A DNA stretch of 64,000 bases from Hyphomicrobiales bacterium (GCA_028285595.1 JANQOW010000066.1:350-64349); one strand, 5' to 3'; positions 43,195 to 53,938 are shown, numbered from the stretch's first letter. The notes: generated from the letters alone by a model not told the origin. Numbers and translations are program-made.

Positions 43195-43959
43195 ATGCCG
43201 GTTTTGTCACGTGCACGTTGTGTGGTGTCTGCCGTTGCCGTCGCGTTGGCCTTGCAAGTGGGGCCGGCCAATGCTGAGCCTTTGACAAAGGAACGGTTTG
43301 AGCAGGCGATGGAAGACGTCTTCTCAGGCAAAATCTTCGAAGCCGCCGTCAAGCAGGTTCGTGAAGCCCATCAGAAGTATGTTGTTAAGCCGGCCAGCAA
43401 AAACAGTAACTGGCCGTTTTATATACCTGATCAAACCGACAAACCTGTACGGCTCGTCCCCAAACCTGCTCCGACCGCGGCAGCCGTTCAACCCCCTAAA
43501 GCCAAACCTATTGTGGCCGACCCAAAGGTGCGCCGCATGCAAAGCGCCTTGAACACTCTTGGATATGATGCAGGTGCGCCCGACGGGATCTATGGACGCA
43601 AAACCGCGCAAGCTGTGGAACGCTATCAAAGCACTATTGGAGAAGAGGTGACGGGCTCGTTGACGGACGATCAAAGCGCTCTGCTGTTGTCCTCGGCGCA
43701 AAACAAACGTCGAATCGCAGCGGTCCAGCCCAAAGATCAGCCCGCAACCGGCGGCCATACCGTGGTTATGAAGCAGACCGACACCTTGACCGTTCCCCGA
43801 CCATCAGGGGCAAGCAAGCAAGCACGGACCATTGGTGTGAAGTCGGCAAAGAATGGACCGGTTCCGGTTGACGATGCCAAGTCAACCCTGCCGCAAAACT
43901 CCGATGCCAATCCCTTTGATGCGGACGATCCGGACGACGTGCTTGAGCCGACCCAATAG
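43195..43959 (+). CDS. secreted peptidoglycan-binding (PG_binding_1) domain protein
   Basis: ATG 43195 preceded by GGAGAGGGG. Signal peptide ...AVAVALALQVGPANA. RRMQSALNTLGYDAGAPDGIYGRKTAQAVERYQ. Confidence 0.7.
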   Translation: MPVLSRARCVVSAVAVALALQVGPANAEPLTKERFEQAMEDVFSGKIFEAAVKQVREAHQKYVVKPASKNSNWPFYIPDQTDKPVRLVPKPAPTAAAVQPPKAKPIVADPKVRRMQSALNTLGYDAGAPDGIYGRKTAQAVERYQSTIGEEVTGSLTDDQSALLLSSAQNKRRIAAVQPKDQPATGGHTVVMKQTDTLTVPRPSGASKQARTIGVKSAKNGPVPVDDAKSTLPQNSDANPFDADDPDDVLEPTQ

Positions 43960-43965
43960 GCTCCG

Positions 43966-44607
43966 TCAAAGCCCCTGATCCTGACGGCCCGCCATCAGAG
44001 CATAGTAGGCCCAAAGCACCCGCGCCGCGACGCTACGCCAAGGACGCCAAGCTTCGGCCATCTCTGCCATCACCTTTGCATCTGGCCTGGCAGCCAGTCC
44101 GAACGCCTCAGCCGCAGCAATCTGCAAGGCGAGATCACCCCCAGGCCACGCATCACGCCGCCCAAGACACGTAAGCAGGTAAACCTCCGCCGACCAGGGG
44201 CCGATGCCCTTGAGCGCGCACAGGCTGTCTGACACGGCTTGGTCGTCCTCGGCCTCCAATGCCTCAAAGTCCAAATCGCCCTGCGTAATCGCCTCCGTCA
44301 GCGCCTTCACAGCCTTGATCTTCGGGCCCGACAGACCTGCTGCCCGGAAGGCCGCCTCATCCAGCTTGGCCACATGGCCTGGCTCCATGGGGGCCAGCGC
44401 CTCTTCCATTCTAACCCAAATAGCGGCAGCGCTGGCTTTGGAGACCTGTTGTCCGGCAATAATCTTCATCACACCACGGTATCCGGCTTCTGAGCGGCGC
44501 AAGGGTGGGCACCCGGTCTTGGCGACCACGGGCTCAAACCGGGCATCGGCCCTCACGAGAGCGGCGATGCCCCGTTCCAAATCAGCAATATCATCAATTA
44601 TGTGCAT
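43966..44607 (-). CDS. DNA-3-methyladenine glycosylase II (AlkA-like, HhH-GPD superfamily)
   Basis: LKGIGPWSAEVYLL helix-hairpin-helix followed by AWPGGDLAL, the catalytic Asp context. Confidence 0.75.
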   Translation of the reverse strand: MHIIDDIADLERGIAALVRADARFEPVVAKTGCPPLRRSEAGYRGVMKIIAGQQVSKASAAAIWVRMEEALAPMEPGHVAKLDEAAFRAAGLSGPKIKAVKALTEAITQGDLDFEALEAEDDQAVSDSLCALKGIGPWSAEVYLLTCLGRRDAWPGGDLALQIAAAEAFGLAARPDAKVMAEMAEAWRPWRSVAARVLWAYYALMAGRQDQGL

Positions 44608-44654
44608 GATTGAGAATTGACCTGGATGGTGTGACTGAAGGATATAGCCATGAA

Positions 44655-45536
44655 ATGAGCGCTGCAGAAAAGCAACCCGTATTCCGATTTGCCCCCAGTC
44701 CCAACGGCCGGCTGCATCTGGGTCACGCCTATTCGGCTCTCTTCACCGCAGCCGAAGCCAAGAAGGCAGACGGGCGCTTTCTGCTCCGCATTGAGGACAT
44801 TGACCTTGTGCGGTGCCGCTCTGAATTTGTGGACGGTATCTTGGAAGATCTCGCCTGGCTTGGCCTGTGCTGGGACGTGCCGGTGCGCCGCCAATCAGAG
44901 CATTTTGAAACCTACTTCAAAGCGCTCGACACTCTAGAGGAACTCGGCGCCCTCTATCCCTGTTACGCCACACGTTCTGAAATCCGCGCGGCGGTCGAGA
45001 GCAAGGCGGATCATCCACGCGATCCTAACGGGGCACCGGTCTATCCCGGTCTTTACCGGAACGCTTCTGCGCGTGCGGAGCCGGAGCGGCCATACGCCCT
45101 TCGGCTGAACCATGCCCTTGCACTAAAGCTTGTACGAGAGAAGCTGGGGCATCGTCCCAGTTTTCAGGAGCTTGGGTGCGGGCCGTCCGGTGAGAGCGGC
45201 TCCTTGCCAGTCACTCCGGAAATCTGGGGGGATGTGGTGCTGGCCCGAAAGGACATCCGCACCAGCTATCATATTGCCGTGGTGGTGGATGACGCACTTC
45301 AGGGTGTTACCCACGTCACCCGCGGGCAGGACCTTTTTGCCGCCACACATATTCACCGGGTGCTGCAAGTCTTGTTAGACCTGCCCGAACCCATCTATTG
45401 CCATCATCCCCTGATCAGCGACGATACTGGAAGAAAGCTTGCCAAGAGCGCGAACGATCAAAGCCTTGCCAGCTTACGCGAAAGCGGTGTGAGCGCAGAC
45501 GAGATCAAACAGGAGCTGGGGTTCGCTGGCCTTTGA
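44655..45536 (+). CDS. gluQ: tRNA glutamyl-Q(34) synthetase
   Basis: FRFAPSPNGRLHLGHAYSA (HIGH-type motif), RIEDID, and a truncated GluRS-like length (293 aa) with no anticodon-binding domain. Confidence 0.8.
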   Translation: MSAAEKQPVFRFAPSPNGRLHLGHAYSALFTAAEAKKADGRFLLRIEDIDLVRCRSEFVDGILEDLAWLGLCWDVPVRRQSEHFETYFKALDTLEELGALYPCYATRSEIRAAVESKADHPRDPNGAPVYPGLYRNASARAEPERPYALRLNHALALKLVREKLGHRPSFQELGCGPSGESGSLPVTPEIWGDVVLARKDIRTSYHIAVVVDDALQGVTHVTRGQDLFAATHIHRVLQVLLDLPEPIYCHHPLISDDTGRKLAKSANDQSLASLRESGVSADEIKQELGFAGL

Positions 45537-45545
45537 CCACGCCGA

Positions 45546-46520
45546 TCAGGCAGCCACCAGATCCATGGCCTGAGCAGCCTCTTCCAGCACCGAGACCGTT
45601 GCCCCGTCCCGGTGCATGTGCTGAGACAAGTAACGGCGCCAATGCCGTGCGCCAGGCTCTCCCTGGAACAGGCCGAGCAGATGTCGGGCGATGTGATGCA
45701 GCCGGGCACCGGCTGCCACCTGGGCATCCACATAAGGCAAGAAACGCTCCAGTGCTTCGCGTCGCGCGGTGACTTGGGGCGTGTCTCCAAACACGCGTCT
45801 GTCTACATCCGCGAGAAGCCACGGGGTCTGGTAGGCCGCCCGTCCGACCATCACCCCGTCCACGACATCAAGCTGATCAAGCGTCTCATCAAGGCTCACA
45901 ATCCCACCATTAATGGCAATCTGTAGATCAGGCCGGCGGGCCTTCAGCCGGTGGACACGGGCGTAGTTGAGCGGCGGTATATCCCGGTTCTCCTTGGGGC
46001 TCAGCCCCTGGAGCCAAGCCTTGCGGGCATGCACGATAAAGGTGGAGCAGCCCGCCTCAGACACGGTGTCGATAAAGGTGTTGAAGTCTTCTTCTTCGTC
46101 CTGATCGTCGATCCCGATCCGGCATTTCACCGTGACCGGGACGGTTACTTTTGACAGCATCTCCGACACGCAGGCCCCCACCAGCTCCGGCTCTGCCATG
46201 AGGCAGGCCCCGAAGCGGCCCGATTGAACCCGGTCCGACGGACAGCCGACGTTTAGGTTGATCTCATCATATCCCCAGTCTGCCCCGATCTTTGCCGCCT
46301 CGGCACACTCTCCAGGCTCCGAACCGCCGATCTGAAGGGCAACGGGATGTTCGGCGGGCGCGAAGTCCAACAACCTGTCTCTGGGGCCGTGCAGGAGCGC
46401 GCCTGTTGTCACCATCTCGGTGTAGAGCAAGGCACGGCGCGTCAAGACGCGGTGGAACGCCCGGCAGTGCCGGTCGGTCCAATCCATCATGGGCGCGATG
46501 GAAAAGGCATGGGCCTGCAT
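45546..46520 (-). CDS. dusA: tRNA-dihydrouridine(20/20a) synthase
   Basis: FSIAPMMDWTDRHCR, EINLNVGCPS and VTVKCRIG motifs plus the DusA-type C-terminal helical domain. ATG 46520 is preferred. Confidence 0.85.
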   Translation of the reverse strand: MQAHAFSIAPMMDWTDRHCRAFHRVLTRRALLYTEMVTTGALLHGPRDRLLDFAPAEHPVALQIGGSEPGECAEAAKIGADWGYDEINLNVGCPSDRVQSGRFGACLMAEPELVGACVSEMLSKVTVPVTVKCRIGIDDQDEEEDFNTFIDTVSEAGCSTFIVHARKAWLQGLSPKENRDIPPLNYARVHRLKARRPDLQIAINGGIVSLDETLDQLDVVDGVMVGRAAYQTPWLLADVDRRVFGDTPQVTARREALERFLPYVDAQVAAGARLHHIARHLLGLFQGEPGARHWRRYLSQHMHRDGATVSVLEEAAQAMDLVAA

Positions 46521-46788
46521 GTGAGAGCAACGAGATTTTACCATACCGTCAAAGGCCTGAATTGAGCGCACGCAGTCTTTTGATCTTGCTATGCCGCGAT
46601 CGAATATCGTGGTTCGGAACGTCGTTGCTCGCGCTTATAGCAGATATTGTTTTGAAGCTGGCAAACTGTGATTATTCTTCAAGGCGGCCGGTGGCGCCGT
46701 AAGCATTCTGCCGTTCCAGCCAAAAATCCGCTATGCTATGCCACCATGAACGGCAGACTAGACCGACGGAATGAGAGCACTTTTATAG

Positions 46789-48939
46789 ATGATCCATCGC
46801 AATTCGTGCCGAATATCGGAAGTTGTATGTCCACATAGCTTCCGTAGCGCCGTTAAATTGAGCTGCACCAAACTGGTAATTTGGTGTGTGCTGGTGTTGC
46901 TTGCAGGCGCACAAACCCCGGCCAGCGCGGCGGCTAAAGACGAGGAACCGTCGTTAAATCTGTTCCGGATGCCAGAATACGCAGTTCAACAGGCTAACTT
47001 GGCGCGCCGTTTGGGGCCACTTTTTCGACAGGGAAAGTTTGCCGAAGCTGAGAAAGCTCTCCGGAACATTCTGGCAAGTCATCCGTATTGGCCGGTTCAT
47101 CATTACATGCTTGGCGCGGCGCTGGCCCATCAAGGAAAGATTGAAGGGGCGTTTGAAAGTCTCGAATCCGCGAAAACTCTTGGTTTCTCGAATGCTGCGA
47201 TGTTGCAACGAGATAGTAGTTTTCTCTTGCTGAGAGGCCATCAAAGGTTCCGAGAGCTGTTGGCAGAGATTGCAGATCCAAACAGACCAGTGCCCGATGC
47301 CTTTCAAAAGAACAAGATCCCAGGGAAAGTCTCGGGGGGACGTGCCCTTGTTGAGAGTTCGAACACTGTCTGGGACCCACGCAACAATCTGCTTCTATCG
47401 GCTTTTCAGTTTCCTAACTCCGAGAAACCTGAAACTGTCTACACCGGCTCCAATCCAGAGCTGAAACTCCTGAACCAATTGTACAAGGAGGGAAAGTCAG
47501 CTGGGAATTACGGGGATCTGTACGACAATCGAGACAATGACCATTCCTCGCTCTCGCAGAAAACGTTTCAGCAGCTTACACACGTTGAATATAGCAAGCC
47601 GGCGAAAGCCGTGCGGCGCCACTACGGCTTAAACTCGAACCAGATGTTTAACGCCATCACAATTGGAAACTCTTCCACTGCCGTAACCGGACAGTATTGG
47701 AGGAGCCAAGCAAGATTGATGCTATCGTCGCCAACTCTGGCCGCCCACGCCTATCGTCAGTATGCGAACAATCAACTTTACGTCTATCCAGAACACCAGG
47801 ATCACGACCCAGAGCGCGGAGATCTGTTCCCGGTGAACACGCCCTATTTGTTGATATCGCAAGGCTCGTCAGGTTCTGATCAACCTTTCTTGCAAGCGCT
47901 TGCTGCGATACTTGCAGCACTTCCGCCTGATGTGAAGCCATGGTTGAGACAGCGAAGGTTAGTTGCGCCAACTCTTCAATGGATATTCAGAAAAGGATTG
48001 AAAACCGTCCGGTCAACAGGTGATTACTTAAGCGCAAGGGCGCATCCCACGGTCTTCGATGCCAACGAAATAGATTTAGGTCGCATGATCGAATTTGCCA
48101 GCAATCTGCGCTCAGATGTGGTGCCGCCCAGTGTCCAGCTACGCGTTCAGTCGGAGAGCACACCAACTCCCGGGCTGAACTATTTTGGCCCTTCGAGACG
48201 AGACGAAGTCTTGTTCAATACCCCCAGCGCAATTGCGCGAATACACAGATCAACGACTCAGGAACGAGTGATGATCGTAAGCGCGGAAGCGACTCAAGAT
48301 CCAAATGGGAGGGCGCTCAAATATTCATGGAAACTGCTACGCGGTGACCCGGACAAGGTCTCAATCACGCCACTAGGGAACAGTGGGGCGAAAGCCGAAA
48401 TCCGTATCAAGTGGCACGCTCAAAATCTGGTGCCATTTCGCGGAGAGCTCAGAACACACAGAGTAGATATTGGCGTATTCGCTCACAATGGTGTCAATTA
48501 CTCGAGCCCCGCATTCGTCACCGTTTACAACGCGCCTAATCAGTTTCGCAGATACGACGATGAGGGCCGAGTTATGCAAATTACGTATGACGCCGCCCTG
48601 CTCTCAGACCGGTACGTGGACCCAACGTTGTTCGCCAGTCGAAATTGGCAAGATCACTACAGCTACACAGAACAAAACGAGTTGATCGGATGGCAGCGTA
48701 AGTCTGATGAAGGTACTCAGACGTTTACGCGCCATGGGGCGCGGGCCGTCGCATTTGACGGAGCCGGCAGACCGATTAGGGCTGAACTCATCACGTATCG
48801 CAGAACAAGCATCGCAAATGCAAAAGGGATTGTCCAAATGGTTCCGCAAAACCGATTTGTTCACTATCGTTATAGGGATGCGTCGGATCGCCTTGGAGTC
48901 GCAACCTTCTGTGGTCAACCCATTTGCAACCATCACTAA
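46789..48939 (+). CDS. large secreted hypothetical protein with N-terminal TPR-like repeat region
   Basis: 716 aa. Signal-like LVIWCVLVLLAGAQTPASA. TPR-like AEKALRNILASHPYWPVHHYMLGAALAHQGKIEGAFESL. The remainder is unrecognised. Start uncertain. Confidence 0.55.
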   Translation: MIHRNSCRISEVVCPHSFRSAVKLSCTKLVIWCVLVLLAGAQTPASAAAKDEEPSLNLFRMPEYAVQQANLARRLGPLFRQGKFAEAEKALRNILASHPYWPVHHYMLGAALAHQGKIEGAFESLESAKTLGFSNAAMLQRDSSFLLLRGHQRFRELLAEIADPNRPVPDAFQKNKIPGKVSGGRALVESSNTVWDPRNNLLLSAFQFPNSEKPETVYTGSNPELKLLNQLYKEGKSAGNYGDLYDNRDNDHSSLSQKTFQQLTHVEYSKPAKAVRRHYGLNSNQMFNAITIGNSSTAVTGQYWRSQARLMLSSPTLAAHAYRQYANNQLYVYPEHQDHDPERGDLFPVNTPYLLISQGSSGSDQPFLQALAAILAALPPDVKPWLRQRRLVAPTLQWIFRKGLKTVRSTGDYLSARAHPTVFDANEIDLGRMIEFASNLRSDVVPPSVQLRVQSESTPTPGLNYFGPSRRDEVLFNTPSAIARIHRSTTQERVMIVSAEATQDPNGRALKYSWKLLRGDPDKVSITPLGNSGAKAEIRIKWHAQNLVPFRGELRTHRVDIGVFAHNGVNYSSPAFVTVYNAPNQFRRYDDEGRVMQITYDAALLSDRYVDPTLFASRNWQDHYSYTEQNELIGWQRKSDEGTQTFTRHGARAVAFDGAGRPIRAELITYRRTSIANAKGIVQMVPQNRFVHYRYRDASDRLGVATFCGQPICNHH

Positions 48940-49373
48940 ACCTGCTGATCGCTCCATTCAGACGTCATGCCTGCGGGCGCGCAATTGCGAACCGGAGATG
49001 TATAGGCACCGATCCGCTCACACATGAACCCAAAGAGAGCAACACAAGCTCGGCCTAAACTATATGACAAAGCATTCGCGCTTAGTCGCGGCTTCGGCGA
49101 TCGCAAACATTTTAATTGGACAGATGTTTGATAACATTGGCAAAGTCTACTAAGACTCGCCAAGAAACAATTGGGGAGCATTCACCTCTAAAGTGGGAGC
49201 CAGGTTCGAAATTTATTGCCACAGGTAGGACTGCCCGCTCGTGCATCAATGAATCATAGGCCCCGCCGAAGACTTCTTTGCCCAAAATCTCGCAACGGTC
49301 AGAATGCTGCGGACCAAGTTTAATCCGTGTACAACCATTGCCGAGATGCTGAAAACAGATGATTGGAAGTAAG

Positions 49374-50330
49374 ATGAGTAAACTTAGCTTCAGCAGGAAG
49401 CGTGTCCTCGTGACTGGAGGTGCCGGATTTCTCGGCTCGCACCTGACAGACCGCCTGCTGAATGACGGGCACGAAGTGCTCTGCCTCGACAACCTCTTTA
49501 CAGGCAGCAAGCGCAATGTGGAGCATCTGCACCAACACCCGCGTTTTGAGTTCATGCGGCACGATGTGTGCTTTCCGCTCTACGTTGAGGTGGACGAGAT
49601 CTACAACTTAGCCTGCCCGGCTTCCCCAGTTCATTATCAGCACGACCCGGTTCAAACGACCAAGACATCCGTGCATGGCGCCATAAACATGCTGGGTTTG
49701 GCGAAACGTCTTAAGTGCAAGATATTCCAAGCGTCCACGAGTGAAGTGTACGGAGACCCAACCGTTCACCCGCAACCAGAACGTTATTGGGGAAATGTCA
49801 ATCCGTTGGGACCGCGTGCCTGCTACGACGAAGGCAAGCGTTGTGCAGAAACCTTATTCTTTGACTACCATCGTCAGCACAAGCTGGAGATCAAGATCGC
49901 CAGAATTTTCAATACTTATGGCCCTCGCATGCATCCAAACGATGGCCGCGTTGTGTCCAATTTCATTATGCAAGCGTTGATGGGGGAGCCCCTCACCATA
50001 TTCGGCGATGGCACTCAAACGCGATCATTCTGTTATGTCGACGATCTGGTCGATGGCTTTGTCAGGCTCATGGATACGGATGAATCCGTTACGGGCCCAA
50101 TCAACCTCGGCAATCCGACTGAATTCACAATGATTGAGTTGGCAGACAATATTCTGTCCCTGACCGGTTCAAAGTCAGAACTGGTGCACATGCCTCTACC
50201 TCAAGATGACCCCAAGCAACGTCGCCCAGACATTTCGCTGGCAAACAGCGAGCTGAGCTGGACCCCGAAAGTTGCATTAAAAGAGGGACTTAAGGAAACC
50301 ATCGCCTATTTCAGAACAGTAATTGGTTAA
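49374..50330 (+). CDS. UDP-glucuronate decarboxylase (UDP-xylose synthase), SDR family
   Basis: [21 protein letters not shown] and the CYDEGKR (YxxxK) motif. N-terminal region [21 protein letters not shown] is typical of UXS. Confidence 0.85.
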   Translation: MSKLSFSRKRVLVTGGAGFLGSHLTDRLLNDGHEVLCLDNLFTGSKRNVEHLHQHPRFEFMRHDVCFPLYVEVDEIYNLACPASPVHYQHDPVQTTKTSVHGAINMLGLAKRLKCKIFQASTSEVYGDPTVHPQPERYWGNVNPLGPRACYDEGKRCAETLFFDYHRQHKLEIKIARIFNTYGPRMHPNDGRVVSNFIMQALMGEPLTIFGDGTQTRSFCYVDDLVDGFVRLMDTDESVTGPINLGNPTEFTMIELADNILSLTGSKSELVHMPLPQDDPKQRRPDISLANSELSWTPKVALKEGLKETIAYFRTVIG

Positions 50331-50367
50331 GTCTGCGATTATGTGGATGGGACCATTTCGGCTGGCC

Positions 50368-51510
50368 TCATCTAACGAAAGGATAGCGCTGTAGCAGTTT
50401 GAGCCGCTCGTCATTGAGGACCTCTGCTTTGCGCTCCAAACCTCTCGCGATGAGTTCTAGGAACTTGGGATCAGGGAACCAATGGGCATGATGGACCACC
50501 TGGGGTAAGAAGCCTCTGGCCACCTTATGTTGACCTTTCGCCCCAGCATCAATGAAGTCCAAACCATCCGCCAGCGCGATGTCAATTGCCTGATAGTACG
50601 CTGACTCATAGTGCGCGAATTTCACATAGCTGGAATACCCCCAATGCTGAGCGTATAGTCCGCGCCTGCTTCGAAAATAGAATGTTCCGCATATATACTC
50701 ACCTTCGCGCTTTCCGAGCACCAGCAGCACATTTTCGGGCATTTTCTCAGCCAATTTCACGAAGTACTCTTTGTTTACAAAAGCTTTTTCACCGTTTCTT
50801 TGGTGGGTCGATTGATAGAATCCCAGCATTCTATCCGCAACATCACTGGAAAGCTCGTTCCCGGTCAGCCGCTCCCACGTTAAACCGGTTGTTCCCAGTC
50901 GACGCCGTTCGCTGCTCACCATTTGCCGTGGCTTTCGCTTCAGGTTTGCGAAGTAGTCATCTAGGTCTTGATAGCCATTGTTGCGCCAAATGAACTGTGT
51001 TCCCTGCCCTGGAACCAGGCCCATTTTCGCTGCCAGCTGTTGCTCTTCTGCCCGCATGTACGTGATGTGCAGCGATGAAAGATTGAGCTGATCGCTGATT
51101 GCGATTAATTCTCGAACGAGCCTTTCACGAAGCTTCTCTTCGGAACAACCAGCTCGAACGAGCAGCCGTGAGCCGGGAAACGGACAAAAGGGCACTTCCA
51201 CTTGCAGCTTCGGATAGTAGGGACCGCCGGCTCTCTCATAAGCCAGGCTCCAGCCCATATCTGCGCCCAGTTCCGCATGGGAGTGCTCTTTGACATAAGC
51301 CGGCGCCGCCGCAACCACTTCACCTTTGTTGTCTCGCAACACCAGATGATTGGGCTTGAAGCCGGTCGCCGGAGATACGCAGTCACTGCTCTCAAGGGCG
51401 TGAAGATGTGCGTGGCAGACAAAGGGATCATCGCCGGCGCAGGCATCCCAATCTTCGGCTTCGATGTCCGATATGCTGTCGAGAGTTAGTGCTGTGTAGT
51501 TCTGTTTCAT
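50368..51510 (-). CDS. FemAB_like (DUF482-type) GNAT-fold acyl/aminoacyl-transferase
   Basis: WDACAGDDPFVCHAHLHALESS...TGFKPNHLVL...APAYVKEHSHAELG...YYPKLQVEVPFCPFPG matches the FemAB_like family pattern from memory. Confidence 0.7.
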   Translation of the reverse strand: MKQNYTALTLDSISDIEAEDWDACAGDDPFVCHAHLHALESSDCVSPATGFKPNHLVLRDNKGEVVAAAPAYVKEHSHAELGADMGWSLAYERAGGPYYPKLQVEVPFCPFPGSRLLVRAGCSEEKLRERLVRELIAISDQLNLSSLHITYMRAEEQQLAAKMGLVPGQGTQFIWRNNGYQDLDDYFANLKRKPRQMVSSERRRLGTTGLTWERLTGNELSSDVADRMLGFYQSTHQRNGEKAFVNKEYFVKLAEKMPENVLLVLGKREGEYICGTFYFRSRRGLYAQHWGYSSYVKFAHYESAYYQAIDIALADGLDFIDAGAKGQHKVARGFLPQVVHHAHWFPDPKFLELIARGLERKAEVLNDERLKLLQRYPFVR

Positions 51511-51930
51511 GTTTGTTTTCGACAAGCGGCCTCGTCTCAAAGGCCTACCTTTTCAGTTTCGATATTCCTGCATCTCCCAACAGTTGAATTCGGTTGCTCT
51601 CAGACCTCCTAGTCCATGCCAACTGTGTGTCGCAAGGGCGGAAGCTGGCCACACGCCCCAACAAAACGCTCCAGCCGGTCAAGTTGGAGGTCTTCGGCCC
51701 GGTTCTTGCTTAGCCAGCGAGTCAATTAAATAAACTGACATAGAGAGTATCTTTGTAATGCGAGATCAATGGTCCATCCAATAGGTAGAAAGCTTGCCCG
51801 TTTTTCAGTACAACTTTTGCAACAAGTGGTTAACTTTAACAATTTGTATGCGATAGACTTTCCAACGGTTAAACGGCTTGGTCTTAGTGACCGATAAACT
51901 CGCAGGAAAACATCAACCGGGGCTGGAGCT

Positions 51931-53748
51931 GTGGAGTTGAACACGATAACGAACGAAAACTCGAGCATGATAAGGGACATCGACAAGGTGCTCGCACGGG
52001 TTGACGCGGACCGGCCCCTGATGATGTCACCGGATGGCGTTCTCACGTACGGAAATCTGAAGAAACGAATAAGCAAGCTGCGTGGTTTGTTCGGAGCATT
52101 GGGCCTTACGCCCGGCAACCGTGTGGTTATCGCCTCAGACAACGATGAGACCGTTGTTACTGTCTTCTTTGCACTTCTGACATCGGGTTTGACCGCAATC
52201 ATTAGTGATGGACGAACAACTCCGCACGAATTGTCCACTCTCATCGCCTCGGCAGATCCAGCCGCTGTTTTTGTCGATGAGGATCTGTTGGCCGAATTCT
52301 CCAAGCACCACCAGTTCCCTGCGTCTAAGACAGTGTGCCTCAATGCCCGGGAAAACCAAGGGGCAAGAGCAACTCACGCGGGCAAGGTATACCCGGACGT
52401 CCTGAACGAGGTGCCCGAGGTTGCCCAGTCTCCTCACGTCGCGCCGGACACCCTCGCCCTCATCGTGTTCACATCGGGCACAACATCCAATCCAAAAGGA
52501 GTTTGCCTTAGCCACGCTAACCTCCAGGCACAGCTTGAAACGTTTCGGGAAATCTATGGTTTTGACGCAAAGTCCAGGCTCCTGAACATATTGCCCCTTC
52601 ATCACGTCGACGGGCTGATCCGTGGACCATTGGCTGCGCTTTGGTTCAACGCTCAATTGTTCCGCCCCATGCGGTTTGGCGTGACGGAAACGGGAAATCT
52701 GCTGGACGTCATACTTGCCGAACAGATTACGCATTTCATCACTGTTCCGGCACTGTTAACGCTCGTAGACAGGTTGGGATCCGCCGCGGCAGGCGCCTTC
52801 AGCGGACCAGATTTTCGCTACATAATCTCTAGTGCGGACGCGCTGGACACCAATCTATGGACGCGCCTCGAAGCTCGCCTGGGGACCAAGATCGTCAATG
52901 CATACGGCTTGAGCGAGGTGGTTTGCGACGCTCTCTTCTGTGGACCGAATGAAGCTTCGCGCAAGGTCGGCACGCTGGGCAAGCCTGTTGGCTGCAAAGC
53001 ACAAATCGTTGATCTCGATGGTGCCGAGGCTGGTGTAGGCGTAACGGGCGAGCTCATATTGAGTGGCCCCATGGTGATGCAAGGATACTTCCGTTCTCAG
53101 GCGGACACAGATCGGGTGTTGAGAAACGGCTGGTTCTATACCGGGGATTTGGTGAGCTGTGATGGTGAAGGCTTCTATCACTTCAAAGGCCGCAAGAAAT
53201 CGGTCATTGTCTCGCGCGGCGTGACCATCTATCCCGAAAGCATAACCAATGCTGTCTTGAAAATGCCTGGCATCGCAGAGGCGGTGAGTTTCGGCGTTGA
53301 CGACGAATTATGGGGGCAGAGCGTCGTCGCTTGTGTCGTAACGGCAGCCGGCGCAAATATCAGCAAGATCGATGTCATCGACCACTGCCGCACACATCTG
53401 TCGCCGGAGAAGATCCCGTCCGACGTCTATTTTCTTGATGAGCTTCCCAGAGGCCCCTCCGGGAAAATTAAGCTCGACTTGATCCGGCATACGGCAAAAG
53501 CTGCTGAACCCTCGTCGGATCCATCGCAAGATGTGTTTCAAATCGCGGCTGACTGTTTCAACGTCCCACGGGAGAGCCTGTCTCTGGAATCGAGCCCCTA
53601 TAACACAGAAGGCTGGGACTCCCCGGCTCATCTCGACTTCATTATTCGATTGGAAACACATTTTGGTGTCAGTCTGTCGCCTGAAGACATCATCGAATTG
53701 GGAACATTAGCGGATGCCGAAACCAAAATTCAGCACCTCTTGTCTTAA
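51931..53748 (+). CDS. adenylate-forming (acyl-CoA-ligase-like) enzyme fused to a C-terminal acyl carrier protein domain
   Basis: FTSGTTSNPKGV, YGLSE, YTGDL and PRGPSGKIK motifs. The C-terminal about 80 aa carry GWDSPAHLDFIIRLE, a candidate phosphopantetheine Ser. GTG 51931 or ATG 51967 start. Confidence 0.8.
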   Translation: MELNTITNENSSMIRDIDKVLARVDADRPLMMSPDGVLTYGNLKKRISKLRGLFGALGLTPGNRVVIASDNDETVVTVFFALLTSGLTAIISDGRTTPHELSTLIASADPAAVFVDEDLLAEFSKHHQFPASKTVCLNARENQGARATHAGKVYPDVLNEVPEVAQSPHVAPDTLALIVFTSGTTSNPKGVCLSHANLQAQLETFREIYGFDAKSRLLNILPLHHVDGLIRGPLAALWFNAQLFRPMRFGVTETGNLLDVILAEQITHFITVPALLTLVDRLGSAAAGAFSGPDFRYIISSADALDTNLWTRLEARLGTKIVNAYGLSEVVCDALFCGPNEASRKVGTLGKPVGCKAQIVDLDGAEAGVGVTGELILSGPMVMQGYFRSQADTDRVLRNGWFYTGDLVSCDGEGFYHFKGRKKSVIVSRGVTIYPESITNAVLKMPGIAEAVSFGVDDELWGQSVVACVVTAAGANISKIDVIDHCRTHLSPEKIPSDVYFLDELPRGPSGKIKLDLIRHTAKAAEPSSDPSQDVFQIAADCFNVPRESLSLESSPYNTEGWDSPAHLDFIIRLETHFGVSLSPEDIIELGTLADAETKIQHLLS

Positions 53749-53938
53749 TGCTCTCGTCGCGAGTGTGATTGGACATGCTGATTGACCGCGCGCTTCCGGT
53801 GAACCCTGGCTGCAGATTATGTGTCTTCACGGCTACCTCCAGGCAAGGGCCAGTGCGCCGGGTCCATCCGCAGCGCCAGGCTCCCTTCAGACAGTATTCC
53901 AGCGAACAAATGGTCCACCAAAATCATGAGAGACAGCT

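Noticed and set aside
49112-49555. 147-aa minus-strand ORF overlapping the start of the UDP-xylose synthase gene, and the 434-bp gap 48940-49373, as a possible remnant of a sugar-modifying gene
   Set aside because: The N-terminal two thirds are Cys/Arg-rich nonsense overlapping a well-supported gene. The C-terminal tail has no motif I can assign. It could be a pseudogene fragment, but I cannot support that from sequence alone.
51726-52343. 205-aa minus-strand ORF overlapping the 5' part of the adenylation-ACP gene
   Set aside because: It is antisense to a gene with clear AMP-binding motifs. Its translation is Ser/Arg/Thr-rich with no features.
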